DNA of 64,000 bases from an uncultured Acidobacteriaceae bacterium (GCA_963736535.1 CAVTPN010000001.1:153789-217788); one strand, 5' to 3'. Shown: positions 1 to 8,847, counted from the stretch's first letter. The notes: a model not told the origin generated them from the letters alone. A program made the numbers and translations.

Positions 1-870
1 GGGAACATGGGGATGACGCATCGCCGGCAGCAGCAGGATCACTCCCCACAGCACCCAGCCGGTCCATAAAGTGACGCCCATGCCCAGCAACACGATGGGC
101 ACGATCCAGGTCATCCGGCGGTGCCAGCGGGGCGAAATCGCGTACAGGATATGACCGCCATCCAGCTGGCCCGCGGGAATGAGGTTCAGCGAGGTGACAA
201 AGAGACCGACCCAACTCGCTATGAGGATGGGGTGGGGAAGCAGGGTGGGCAGCGCGGGCACTCCGGGAACCCAGGCGGTAAGGATCCGGTCCAGGAGCGC
301 GACAGTCAACGGCTGGTGAAATTGGACCAGCGCCGGAGCCGTTCCGCCGTCGACCGGGCGGGAGAGCAGGATGCCCAGGATCGTGGTGGGGAGCGCTACC
401 AGGTATCCCGCAATCGGTCCTGCGATGCCCACTTCGATCAGCGCCCGGCGCGAGGGAATCCGCGAGCGGATCCGGATCACCGCCCCGGCGGTTCCACTGA
501 GTGTGGGAGCGGGCAACACGTAGGGCCACGAAGCGCTAATGCCATGGTGGCGGCAGAGGAAGTAGTGCCCCGCCTCGTGGGCCAGCAAGATCCCTAAAAG
601 CGCCAGCGAGAAAGACCAGCCGCTAGCCAGTGCTGAAGGATGATTCCAGATCCAGTGCAACGGGAAAAGATCGCCCTCGCTGGCCAGCGGCGGCTGGTCC
701 AGGCGAAAGTTCCGCATGAGCAGCGCGCCCGTGCTCGCGGTGGTGACGATACTCACCACCAGCAGGCCTAGCGGCAACCAGGCAATGGAGTGCGATGGCC
801 TATGAGGAAAATCCGAGTGCTCTTGAGGACGCGGGAGAAGCGGATTGTCCGCAGTGCTCGGTGCTGCCAT
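1..870 (-). CDS. Site-2 protease (peptidase M50 family) integral membrane metalloprotease; 3' end cut by window edge
   Basis: Not in the ORF track because it runs off the edge. Manual minus-strand translation from ATG 870-868 gives MAAPSTADNPLLPRPQEH.... It contains the HExxH zinc motif (LLAHEAGHYF), several hydrophobic segments and the S2P motif NLIPAGQLDGGH. The frame is open to position 1. Confidence 0.8.
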   Translation of the reverse strand, partial: MAAPSTADNPLLPRPQEHSDFPHRPSHSIAWLPLGLLVVSIVTTASTGALLMRNFRLDQPPLASEGDLFPLHWIWNHPSALASGWSFSLALLGILLAHEAGHYFLCRHHGISASWPYVLPAPTLSGTAGAVIRIRSRIPSRRALIEVGIAGPIAGYLVALPTTILGILLSRPVDGGTAPALVQFHQPLTVALLDRILTAWVPGVPALPTLLPHPILIASWVGLFVTSLNLIPAGQLDGGHILYAISPRWHRRMTWIVPIVLLGMGVTLWTGWVLWGVILLLPAMRHPHVP

Positions 871-879
871 GGGCCGGGG

Positions 880-1152
880 CTATGAATCCAGCAGGTGAAG
901 TTCCTTGCCCGGCTTGAAGCGAACAGCCTTGCCGGGAGTGATGGTGACTTCCGCACCGGTCCGTGGGTTGCGGCCAATGCCGGTTTTCCGCGGGCGCACA
1001 TTGAAGACCCCAAAACCCCGAAGCTCAATCCGGTCGCCCGAAGCAAGAGCTTTTTTCAGGCTTTCGAAAACCGTGTCAACAGCCGCCTCCGCCTTGTTGC
1101 GCGGTAGTCCGGTCTTGGCGATTACTTGATGGATAATGTCCTGTTTAATCAA
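880..1152 (-). CDS. IHF/HU family DNA-binding protein (IHF-like)
   Basis: 90-aa ORF. GFGVFNVRPRKTGIGRNPRTGAEVTITPGKAVRFKPGKEL matches the HU/IHF beta-arm and the IHF-type C-terminus. Its stop lies 10 nt upstream of the S2P start, suggesting an operon. Confidence 0.85.
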   Translation of the reverse strand: MIKQDIIHQVIAKTGLPRNKAEAAVDTVFESLKKALASGDRIELRGFGVFNVRPRKTGIGRNPRTGAEVTITPGKAVRFKPGKELHLLDS

Positions 1153-1372
1153 TGCCTTTACCCCGAGGGATGTGTAGGTAACTGCAAGGCCGGAGCTACG
1201 TCCTCATCGTATAGCGTGTTTCCTCTATGGTCCAGCGGCTTCGAGCGGCCGGGTACTGCAAGTGATTGTCAATGACCCCGGGCTGCCGTAAGATGCAGTT
1301 TCCAGCATCAGGCCCCTTCTACCCTTTCACCGCGCTTGGCTCTGCCGAGCCGGCTTTTTCTTAAGGAGTTGC

Positions 1373-1924
1373 ATGTCAATTCAGTCCGACCGGTGGATTC
1401 GCGAGCAGTCGCAGAAGGGGATGATCGCCCCTTTCAGCGAAAAGCAAGTCAGGGAAGGGGTCATCTCCTATGGCCTCTCCTCCTACGGCTATGACCTTCG
1501 CGTTTCCGATGAGTTCAAGATCTTCACCAACGTCAACAGCGCAGTCATCGACCCAAAAAACTTCGATGAGCGGTCTTTCGTCACCGTCACTGCCGAATCG
1601 GTGCTTATTCCTCCCAATTCCTTCGCCCTTGCCAGGTCGGTGGAATACTTCAAAATTCCCCGCGATGTGCTTACCATCTGCGTGGGCAAATCGACCTACG
1701 CCCGTTGCGGCATTATCGTCAACGTCACTCCCTTCGAGCCGGAATGGGAGGGCTTCGTGACCCTGGAGATTTCAAACACTACGCCGTTACCGGCCCGGAT
1801 CTATGCCAATGAGGGTCTCTGCCAGATCCTGTTCTTCCGTGGGAACGAGGCCTGCGAGATCAGCTACGCGGACCGCAAGGGTAAGTACCAGAAGCAACAG
1901 GGTATAGTGCTGCCAAAGTTGTGA
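1373..1924 (+). CDS. dcd: dCTP deaminase
   Basis: 183 aa. [12 protein letters not shown]...SYGYDLRV...[34 protein letters not shown]...EGLCQILFF is family-typical over the full length. AAGGAG lies 7 nt upstream of the ATG. Confidence 0.95.
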   Translation: MSIQSDRWIREQSQKGMIAPFSEKQVREGVISYGLSSYGYDLRVSDEFKIFTNVNSAVIDPKNFDERSFVTVTAESVLIPPNSFALARSVEYFKIPRDVLTICVGKSTYARCGIIVNVTPFEPEWEGFVTLEISNTTPLPARIYANEGLCQILFFRGNEACEISYADRKGKYQKQQGIVLPKL

Positions 1925-2583
1925 TGGCCGACCCCACGAAATCACCTTCCCGCTTGCGGGTGGCGCTGCTTGAACCGGAGCCGATCCGCGTGCAGGGTTT
2001 TGTCACCCTATTTCAGGATCATCCTCGCATCGAGTTTGTGGTTTTCGAGCTGGCGCAGTTCCTGGCCGATCAGGAATTCAAGCTGGCCCTGGTGGGCCTC
2101 CACGGGGACAAGCTCCCGCTGCCGTTGGTGGGCACCATCCATGGGTTGCGACCCGATGTCCGGCTGATCGTTATGGGCCCGGAGGCTAACGACGAAGTCA
2201 TATTGCAGGCCATCACCTCGGGAGCCAAGGCGTATCTCGAAGCCAACGCTACGCCCCAACAGGTCGAACAGGCGATCGAGATCGTGAGCCAGGGGTCCAT
2301 CTGGGCTCCGCGACGGGTATTGTCCATCTTCGTCGATCGCGCAACCCGGCCTTCTCGCTCCGCGATCCCGGCTTCTGCTCAGTTCACGGCCCGCGAGACA
2401 GAGGTGCTCAAGTTGCTGGTCGCCGCGCGATCCAACCGCGAGATTGCCAGGACGCTGGGCATCGAAGAGCGAACGGTCAAAGCGCATGTGGCCAAACTCA
2501 TGCGTAAGGTCGGGGTGGAGAACCGCATCGCCCTGTCTATCTACGCGGTGACCAACTCGATCGTCGCTCCGAACCCGGAATAA
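1924..2583 (+). CDS. LuxR/NarL-type transcriptional regulator with degenerate (non-phosphorylatable) receiver domain
   Basis: The C-terminal GerE/LuxR HTH is clear (FTARETEVLKLLVAARSNREIARTLGIEERTVKAHVAKLMRKVGVENR). The N-terminal half has receiver-like alternation but lacks the acidic pair, the phospho-Asp, the Thr/Ser and the Lys. The ATG overlaps the dcd stop (GTGATGG). Confidence 0.8.
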   Translation: MADPTKSPSRLRVALLEPEPIRVQGFVTLFQDHPRIEFVVFELAQFLADQEFKLALVGLHGDKLPLPLVGTIHGLRPDVRLIVMGPEANDEVILQAITSGAKAYLEANATPQQVEQAIEIVSQGSIWAPRRVLSIFVDRATRPSRSAIPASAQFTARETEVLKLLVAARSNREIARTLGIEERTVKAHVAKLMRKVGVENRIALSIYAVTNSIVAPNPE

Positions 2584-2966
2584 AGGCCTCCTACAGAGGG
2601 GGTACTTTAGGTCAGGGTACCTTAGTGACATTGCTTGGTTACCCGTCTTGGACGACAGTTACTTTAGAAACAACGCAGATCTGGGGACGGGGCTTCTGAT
2701 GGCGAACGCTGCAATCACCAGCCCCCATTTTTTACTCCCTGTGCCGTCTCTCCTGCTCTTCGTTCCTGCAATTGAATCAACCTCTTGCCCAATTCCTGCA
2801 TCTTAGCAACTAACCGTGCTTCCTCCGTCCCGCGAAGTCGTCGGCGGATCGGATGCCCGGAAGATAAGCATCGAATCAGCATTTCCTCTTGCATAATTGA
2901 CCCAGGCTAACTTTAGCTTGGGCGAAACTTCGTTAACATCAGTCCCACTTGGAGATTTGGAAGACC

Positions 2967-3659
2967 ATGAAACAGCTCTTTGCAATTTTTTGTGCAGTTG
3001 GGATGGTCCTCACTGCCTTGTCTGCCTCTGCTGCCGACGATAAGGCAACGATCGAAGCGCGCATCGCCAGCGCGAAAGACGTTCTGGATGCGATTATGGC
3101 CACCCCGGACAAGGCGATCCCAAATCAGATCATGTCCCAGGCCACGTGCGTGGGTGTTGTTCCCAGTGTGAAGAAAGGCGCCTTCGTGGTCGGCGCGGAG
3201 TACGGTCAGGGCGTCGTTACCTGCCGCACCGGGCACGGCTGGAGCGCTCCCGCTTTTATCGTGATCGCCGGGGGAAGTTTCGGTTTTCAGATCGGCGGCC
3301 AATCCACCGACCTGGTTCTCGTTGCCGTCAACGAAAAGGGGTTTCAGGACCTGTTGAAGAGCAAGTTCAAGATCGGTGGCGATGCATCAGCCGCTGCGGG
3401 CCCGGTAGGCCGCGATTCCCAGGCTGCGACCGACTGGAAGCTTACCGCCGAGTTGCTTACCTATTCCCGTGCCAAGGGACTCTTCGCCGGCGTCGACCTC
3501 ACCGGAGCCGTGGTAAACGAAAATACGGATGCGACGCGGGCATTCTATGGCGTTGCCCACCCCAGTGCACAGATCCTGAAAGGGGAAGTTGCGACCCCAC
3601 CGGATGCACAACCGTTTGTGCGCACGGTAGCAAAGTATTTCTCCGAAGTCAGGAAATAG
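2967..3659 (+). CDS. Exported SYLF (Ysc84/DUF500) domain protein
   Basis: Signal peptide MKQLFAIFCAVGMVLTALSASA. The core GAFVVGAEYGQGVV...GWSAPAFIVIAGGSFGFQIGGQSTDLVLV...GGDASAAAGPVGR...LTYSRAKGLFAGVDLTGAVV is typical of SYLF. The track ORF starts at TTG 2949; ATG 2967 is preferred. Confidence 0.8.
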   Translation: MKQLFAIFCAVGMVLTALSASAADDKATIEARIASAKDVLDAIMATPDKAIPNQIMSQATCVGVVPSVKKGAFVVGAEYGQGVVTCRTGHGWSAPAFIVIAGGSFGFQIGGQSTDLVLVAVNEKGFQDLLKSKFKIGGDASAAAGPVGRDSQAATDWKLTAELLTYSRAKGLFAGVDLTGAVVNENTDATRAFYGVAHPSAQILKGEVATPPDAQPFVRTVAKYFSEVRK

Positions 3660-3702
3660 CTTTTTCTTCTCCGTCTCCCTTTTTGCTCCTGTTTTTGAGA
3701 AC

Positions 3703-3731
3703 TGCCCGGCGATACCGGGCAGTTTTTTTTA
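3703..3731 (+). terminator. Rho-independent terminator after the SYLF gene
   Basis: Perfect 8-bp stem CTGCCCGG / CCGGGCAG with loop CGATA, followed by T8. Confidence 0.85.
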
Positions 3732-3763
3732 TGTGACGCCGTTTAAACTGAAGTGGCTGCTGT

Positions 3764-4705
3764 ATGTATGGGGCGGGGCTCGGGAGACAGCTGTGCAAGC
3801 GGATGCGAAGACGACTGGAATTCATACTGGTTTGGACACTGGTGAAGCTTCTCGGCGTGCCCCCAAGGGGTGTCGCCCGGGGAATCGGGGCGCTGGTCGG
3901 TCGACTCGCCCTGGTCCTCACCCCACGTTTGCGGCGCGCCGGCCATCGTAATCTAAGCTTGGCGTTTCCCCAGAAGACCGCAGCGGAGCGGCAACAAATC
4001 CTGCGCCAGCTCTATCGCCATTTGGGGTGGTTGCTGGCCGAGTTCTGCCAGATGCCGTATTACACGCCGAAGATGACCAACCGCTTCATCCGTTATGAGG
4101 GGCTGGAGCATTACCTGGCGGCGCGCGATCAGGGTAAAGGAGTTCTCATCCTCACCGGCCATCTGGGCGCGTGGGAATTATCGAGCTTCTATCACTCGCT
4201 GATGGGGTATCCCATGAGCATTGTCATCCGCCGCCTGGATAATCCCCTGGTCGACCACCTGGTCAACCAGATCCGATGTCTGCACGGCAATCAAGTTCTG
4301 CATAAGGACGACTTTGCCCGCGGCCTGCTGGCCTCCATGCGCCGTGGCGAGACGGTGGGCATCCTGATGGACACCAACATGACGCCGCCTCAGGGTGCGT
4401 TCGTCGATTTCTTTGGCCATCCCGCCTGTACCGGATCTGGACTGGCACGAGTCGCCATGAAGACCGGGGCCCAGGTGCTGCCCGGCTTTCTGCTCTGGGA
4501 TGAGGCAACGCAACAGTATGTGCTCCGCTTCGGCGCGGCCCTGGACTTGGCCTGCAGCGGCGACGTGGAGGCGGATGCCATTGCCAATACCGCCTTGTTC
4601 ACCAGGGTGATTGAGGAATACATTCGCCAATATCCCGACCAATGGCTTTGGGTGCATCGCCGTTGGAAGACCAGGCCACAGGGCGAAGCAGCGATCTACA
4701 CTTGA
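3764..4705 (+). CDS. Lipid A biosynthesis (Kdo)2-lipid IVA acyltransferase family protein (LpxL/HtrB-like)
   Basis: 313 aa. The lysophospholipid acyltransferase pattern is present (GKGVLILTGHLGAWE..., ILMDTNM..., C-terminal YPDQWLWVHRRWKTRP). It lies directly upstream of lpxD. ATG 3803 is an alternative start. Confidence 0.8.
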   Translation: MYGAGLGRQLCKRMRRRLEFILVWTLVKLLGVPPRGVARGIGALVGRLALVLTPRLRRAGHRNLSLAFPQKTAAERQQILRQLYRHLGWLLAEFCQMPYYTPKMTNRFIRYEGLEHYLAARDQGKGVLILTGHLGAWELSSFYHSLMGYPMSIVIRRLDNPLVDHLVNQIRCLHGNQVLHKDDFARGLLASMRRGETVGILMDTNMTPPQGAFVDFFGHPACTGSGLARVAMKTGAQVLPGFLLWDEATQQYVLRFGAALDLACSGDVEADAIANTALFTRVIEEYIRQYPDQWLWVHRRWKTRPQGEAAIYT

Positions 4706-4725
4706 GCGGGAACAGGAGCAATGAC

Positions 4726-5955
4726 TTGCCTGCGAGCATCACGCTGAGTCAACTGGCGGTGAGCCTTGGAGCGGAGCTCGATCGCGGCTCGGCGGATCCG
4801 GTCATCACCGGGGTCTCCAGCATCGCGGCGGCGGGACCGGGATGCCTGGTCTTCGCCGAAGAGGAAGCTTCCTTTGCGACTGCGCTCGCATCCTCTGCCG
4901 CCGCCGTTCTCGCTTCCCCGCAGGTTGGGGTCCCGAACGGGAGCAAACCGGTTCTGCGCGTTCCCCAGCCGCGGCTGGCCTTCGCCCGGGCGGCTGTGTT
5001 GCTGCGCGCCACGCCGCTCGCTCCGTCCATCCACGCTACCGCTGTGGTTGCCCCTGGAGCGCAGGTTGCCGCGGACGTTTCGATTGGCCCCCATGCCTTC
5101 ATCGACGAGGGAGCCAGCATCGGCGCAGCCACCTCCATCGGCAGCGGAGTCGTGATCGGCGCCGGCGTCTCCATCGGCAGCAATTGCCGCCTCTACCCCC
5201 GGGTCGTCATCTACCCGGGCGTCACCCTGGGCGATCGGGTGGTGATCCACGCCGGGGCGGTGCTGGGCGCCGACGGCTTCGGCTACGTCCGCGATCGGGC
5301 GAGTGGCGAGTACACCCAGTTTCCCCAACAGGGAACTCTGATCATCGAGGACGATGTGGAGGTAGGCGCCAACACAACCATTGACCGCGGCGCCCTCGAA
5401 GAAACCCGCATCGCTCGCGGCACCAAGCTCGACAACCTGATTCACATTGGTCACAACTGCAACATTGGACGCAATGTCGTCATCGCCGCCCAGACCGGCA
5501 TCTCCGGTTCGAGTACGGTGGGTGACGGCGCAATCCTGGGCGGCCAGGTGGGCATGGGCGACCATGCTCTGATCGGTCCCGGGGTCATCGTCGGCGGACA
5601 GGGCGGCATTCTGCCCAAGAAAAAACTTCTCGGACCGGGAATCGTCTTTTGGGGAACCCCGGCCAAGCCGGTCCGGCAGTACCTGAAGGAATTGGCGACC
5701 CTGGCCCGATTGGCCTCCAAGAACCGGGGAAAAGTAGATGGCGATCGTGGTGGTGGGCGGGCATTCGCGCAGCGTGGGAAAGACCTCGGTGGTGGCCGCT
5801 TTGATCGCCCGGCTGCCCGAGCGCAACTGGACCGCCTGCAAGATCACCCAGTTCGGCCACGGGTTTTGCAGCGCGAACGGAGAGCCCTGCGATTGCGAAA
5901 CGGACGAGCACACCATCGCCATCAGTGCGGAGCGCGATCCAAATACCGGCACTGA
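4726..5955 (+). CDS. lpxD: UDP-3-O-acylglucosamine N-acyltransferase; 3' end doubtful (runs 218 nt into the next gene)
   Basis: N-terminus ITLSQLAVSLGAELDRG..ITGVSSIAAAGPGCLVFAEE, then a long left-handed beta-helix of hexapeptide repeats and HIGHNCNIG. The likely start is TTG 4726, 7 nt after AGGAG. After ...LARLASKN the tail is Arg/Gly-rich and lies out of frame over the next gene. Confidence 0.85.
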   Translation: MPASITLSQLAVSLGAELDRGSADPVITGVSSIAAAGPGCLVFAEEEASFATALASSAAAVLASPQVGVPNGSKPVLRVPQPRLAFARAAVLLRATPLAPSIHATAVVAPGAQVAADVSIGPHAFIDEGASIGAATSIGSGVVIGAGVSIGSNCRLYPRVVIYPGVTLGDRVVIHAGAVLGADGFGYVRDRASGEYTQFPQQGTLIIEDDVEVGANTTIDRGALEETRIARGTKLDNLIHIGHNCNIGRNVVIAAQTGISGSSTVGDGAILGGQVGMGDHALIGPGVIVGGQGGILPKKKLLGPGIVFWGTPAKPVRQYLKELATLARLASKNRGKVDGDRGGGRAFAQRGKDLGGGRFDRPAARAQLDRLQDHPVRPRVLQRERRALRLRNGRAHHRHQCGARSKYRH

Positions 5956-6565
5956 CAGCGCCCGTTTTCTAGCCGCCGGTGCCAGGCGGTCGCTCTGGGT
6001 CCGCACCCGCATCGGCCGTTTGGCCGATGCGATGCCGCGTATTCGCCAGGAGATCCAGGCGGCCGAGAACATGATCTTCGAGTCCAACAGCCTGCTGCAG
6101 TTTCTGCGTCCTGATCTGTATCTGACGGTCCTGGATCATGCCACAGCGGACTTCAAAGACTCCGCGCGGCTGTTTCTGGACCGCGCCGACGCAGTGTTGC
6201 TGCGTTCATCGGGGCGGGAACTCATACCGCAATGGAACCAGGTATCTTTGCGGCTGCTGGCCGGCAAGCCACGGTTCCTGATAACGCCGCCAGATCTGAT
6301 CGGGGACGATCTGGTCGCCTTCGTCGAGCAGAGATTGGTGGCGGGGAAGCGGAAACTGCAGATCCCTCCACCCCTGCGCTCCGGTCCCAATGACAAACAG
6401 TGGGACAGGCAGGTAGCCCACTCGAGCCAAAGTGTAAGGCTTGGATGCGGGCACCTCAATGATCTTGTTGCAGGTCGTGATTTCTCTATTGGTTCGCCTC
6501 CGCGCAGCGGACCTGTCTCCTCCAACACACAAGGCTGCTACGATGGTGAAATCAACTGCCCTTAG
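5738..6565 (+). CDS. P-loop NTPase of unknown function (MobB-like N-terminus); C-terminal ~70 aa probably read-through into a repeat element
   Basis: Walker A sits at the extreme N-terminus (MAIVVVGGHSRSVGKTSVVAALI). The ATG directly follows a TAG that is in its own frame. From about 6340 the ORF translates a REP-like repeat (GKRKLQIPPPLRSGPND), so the true stop is uncertain. Confidence 0.55.
   Translation: MAIVVVGGHSRSVGKTSVVAALIARLPERNWTACKITQFGHGFCSANGEPCDCETDEHTIAISAERDPNTGTDSARFLAAGARRSLWVRTRIGRLADAMPRIRQEIQAAENMIFESNSLLQFLRPDLYLTVLDHATADFKDSARLFLDRADAVLLRSSGRELIPQWNQVSLRLLAGKPRFLITPPDLIGDDLVAFVEQRLVAGKRKLQIPPPLRSGPNDKQWDRQVAHSSQSVRLGCGHLNDLVAGRDFSIGSPPRSGPVSSNTQGCYDGEINCP
6351..6396 (-). 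repeat. REP-like ~48-nt element, copy B (inverted relative to copy A)
   Basis: The minus strand reads TTGTCATTGGGACCGGAGCGCAGGGGTGGAGGGATCTGCAGTTTCC, which aligns base for base with the copies at 6572 and 47941. Confidence 0.75.
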
Positions 6566-6571
6566 GTAAAG

Positions 6572-6618
6572 TTGTCATCCCGACCGGAGCGCAGCGTCTG
6601 GAGGGACCTGCTGTTTCC
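6572..6618 (+). repeat. REP-like ~48-nt element, copy A
   Basis: TTGTCATCCCGACCGGAGCGCAGCGTCTGGAGGGACCTGCTGTTTCC is near-identical to 47941-47989. Confidence 0.85.
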
Positions 6619-6649
6619 TCTCTGCAGAGGTAGCGAACGCCCGTTGGGC

Positions 6650-6895
6650 CTATTTCAGCGGGAAAGGCTCAGCTTTGATGGAACCGTCGCGTTGCTTGAG
6701 CAAAATCTGTACTTTGCTTTCGGCGTTATCCAGCTCTTGCTTGCATTGCGCCGAGAGGCGCATGCCCTCCTCGAACATCTTGATCGAGTCTTCGAGCGGC
6801 AGATCACCGCGCTCCAGCTGAGCCACGATGCTCTCCAACTGTTTCAGCGATTCCTCAAACGTTGCCAACGCCGGCCCTTTCCTGCGGTAGAACAA
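6650..6895 (-). CDS. xseB: Exodeoxyribonuclease VII small subunit
   Basis: TFEESLKQLESIVAQLERGDLPLEDSIKMFEEGMRLSAQCKQELDNAESKVQIL is the XseB signature. The TTG at 6895 or 6868 is the start; either choice overlaps the stop of the upstream gene. Confidence 0.85.
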   Translation of the reverse strand: MFYRRKGPALATFEESLKQLESIVAQLERGDLPLEDSIKMFEEGMRLSAQCKQELDNAESKVQILLKQRDGSIKAEPFPLK

Positions 6896-8735
6896 CCTCC
6901 AGAATCTCTACCGCGCAGGGGTAGCGCCCAAACGGCGCGCTGACCTGCACCCCTTGGATCATCGGGCGCGCCGCGGCCAGCATCTCCCGTGCGATAAGAA
7001 TTCCTTCTGCGCGCGCTCGATCGGGAGTGTCCGCCTTTTGCATGCGCAGCATGATCTCGTCGGGCATGGAGACCCGCAGATCGTTCTTCATGAATTCGGC
7101 ATTGCGCAGGCTGGTCAGCGGCCAGATACCCGCAATAACCGGGATGCGAAAACCCTCAATGCGCTTGAGGAAAGCCTCCAGCAGCTTCAGGTCAAATACC
7201 GGCTGGGTGATCGCATATTCAGCGCCCGCTTCTACCTTGTAGGCGAAGCGTCGAATCTCGTTGTCCATGTCCGGCAAGCCGGGATTGGCAGCCACGCCAA
7301 TGGTCAAGCCGCTCGAAACACCGACGGGATTGCTTCCCAGATCCAACCCGTGGTTCAAACGCCGTACGATGTTCACCAGCCCAATGGCATCCACATCGAA
7401 AACCGCCGTGGCATCCGGGTAATTGCCCAGCTTGGGGGGATCTCCGGTGAGGCAAAGAATATTCTTCAAGCCGATCGAAGAAGCCCCCAGCAGGTCGGAC
7501 TGGATGCTCAGCAAGTTGCGGTCCCGGCAGGTATAGTGCAGCAGCGTTTCCATGCCGGTCTGCTGAATCTGGATACACAGACTCTGCGCGCTCATGCGCG
7601 GCGCCGCTCGAGACAGGTCGGGGACATTGATGATGTGGACCCCGTTTTGCAGCAGCATCCGGGCCGCCGCGAGTTCGCGCTCGCAGGCGATGCCCTTGGG
7701 GGGGACCATCTCAACCATGGTGACAAAGGTGCCGCCGGCGATCAGCCCGCCGAGGCGCGAGCGCTCAGCCAGTGGCGCGGGCTCGATCTCGGACGCGACC
7801 GGCGCCTGCTTCACTTGGGTGTGCGATACCTCCATCGCACCCATGGCGCGCAGGGAAGATTTCATCGACCGGATATGACTGGGCGTCGTGCCGCAGCAGC
7901 CGCCCACAAATTGAACACCCGCCTTTACCAGCTTGCGAGCGAAGCTCGCCATGTATTCCGGCGAGCAGAGGTAAATGTTGCGTCCCTCCACGGCCCGCGG
8001 CATGCCGGCATTGGGCATCGCGACCAAGGGCAGATGGGTGGCCGTCGCCATGCGTTCGATCGCAGTCAGTACGGTCGCGGGTCCTACGCTGCAGTTGCAG
8101 CCGATGGCATCCGCGCCCCATTCGGTTAAGCGGGCGGCGGCCGTCTCCGGGGAGGAGCCATCCAGGCAGTTTGCTTCCTCATCGACGGTTACCATCACTA
8201 AAATCGGCAGCGACGGAGCGGTTGATTTTGCTGCAAGAATGGCCTGTTCCGCCTCATTCAATGCCGAAACCGTCTCGATCAACAGCAGATCGACCCCACC
8301 TTCCGCCAGACCGCGAATCTGCTCCGCAAAGGCTTCACGCGCCTCATCGAGGCCGATCTTTCCCAGCGGTTCCAGTCGTGCGCCCAGGGGCCCGACGGCG
8401 CCCGCAACCCAGGCCTTTCCGCTTTGCTTGTCGGCTCGCTGGTTCACCGCCTTGCGCGCAATTTCGGCGCCGGCGCGATTGATCTCGATCACCTTGTCCG
8501 CGAGGCCATAGCGCTGCAAACGTAGGGCATTGGCGCCAAAAGTATTGGTCTCGACGATCTCCGCGCCCGCCTGCAGATACTCCTCGTGGACAGTCCGCAC
8601 CAGCTCCGGCTGAGACAGATTTAGCTCGTCGTAGCAGCGATTGATGAAGATGCCCCGAGCGTACAGGCTGGTGCCCATGGCCCCATCGCACAGCACCGTT
8701 CGCGTTCCGAAGATCTCTGTGAGCCGGTTCTTCAT
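6855..8735 (-). CDS. Bifunctional homocysteine S-methyltransferase / 5,10-methylenetetrahydrofolate reductase (YitJ-like)
   Basis: 626 aa. The N-terminal half is an Hcy-binding domain (LCDGAMGT..., IVETNTFGAN, GCNCSVGP, GGCCGTTP zinc ligands). The C-terminal half is MetF-like (ITQPVFD..., IPVIAGIWPLTS). Confidence 0.9.
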   Translation of the reverse strand: MKNRLTEIFGTRTVLCDGAMGTSLYARGIFINRCYDELNLSQPELVRTVHEEYLQAGAEIVETNTFGANALRLQRYGLADKVIEINRAGAEIARKAVNQRADKQSGKAWVAGAVGPLGARLEPLGKIGLDEAREAFAEQIRGLAEGGVDLLLIETVSALNEAEQAILAAKSTAPSLPILVMVTVDEEANCLDGSSPETAAARLTEWGADAIGCNCSVGPATVLTAIERMATATHLPLVAMPNAGMPRAVEGRNIYLCSPEYMASFARKLVKAGVQFVGGCCGTTPSHIRSMKSSLRAMGAMEVSHTQVKQAPVASEIEPAPLAERSRLGGLIAGGTFVTMVEMVPPKGIACERELAAARMLLQNGVHIINVPDLSRAAPRMSAQSLCIQIQQTGMETLLHYTCRDRNLLSIQSDLLGASSIGLKNILCLTGDPPKLGNYPDATAVFDVDAIGLVNIVRRLNHGLDLGSNPVGVSSGLTIGVAANPGLPDMDNEIRRFAYKVEAGAEYAITQPVFDLKLLEAFLKRIEGFRIPVIAGIWPLTSLRNAEFMKNDLRVSMPDEIMLRMQKADTPDRARAEGILIAREMLAAARPMIQGVQVSAPFGRYPCAVEILEVVLPQERAGVGNV

Positions 8736-8847
8736 AGGGTAAGTCTAACTATGCTAAGCCACCCGAGGCGCGAAAGCCAACCGCCGCTTTGTTATACTTG
8801 GCCTTTCCCGCATGTCCGCCGCGTGGTGATTCTGGTGAGGTCTTAGG

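Noticed and set aside
121-597. 158-aa plus-strand ORF at the left edge
   Set aside because: It lies antisense to the clearly recognisable M50 site-2 protease gene. Its Arg/Gly/Pro-rich composition is typical of shadow ORFs in GC-rich DNA.
4696-6087. 463-aa minus-strand ORF
   Set aside because: It lies antisense to lpxD and the P-loop gene. Hexapeptide-repeat genes commonly leave long open antisense frames. No motif recognised.
6954-8129. 391-aa plus-strand ORF
   Set aside because: It lies antisense to the homocysteine methyltransferase/MTHFR fusion and has a low-complexity Arg/Gly/His composition.
8736-8847. Possible SAM/cobalamin-type riboswitch in the 5' leader of the methionine-cycle gene
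   Set aside because: I could not recognise any conserved riboswitch core motif by eye. A covariance-model scan would be needed.
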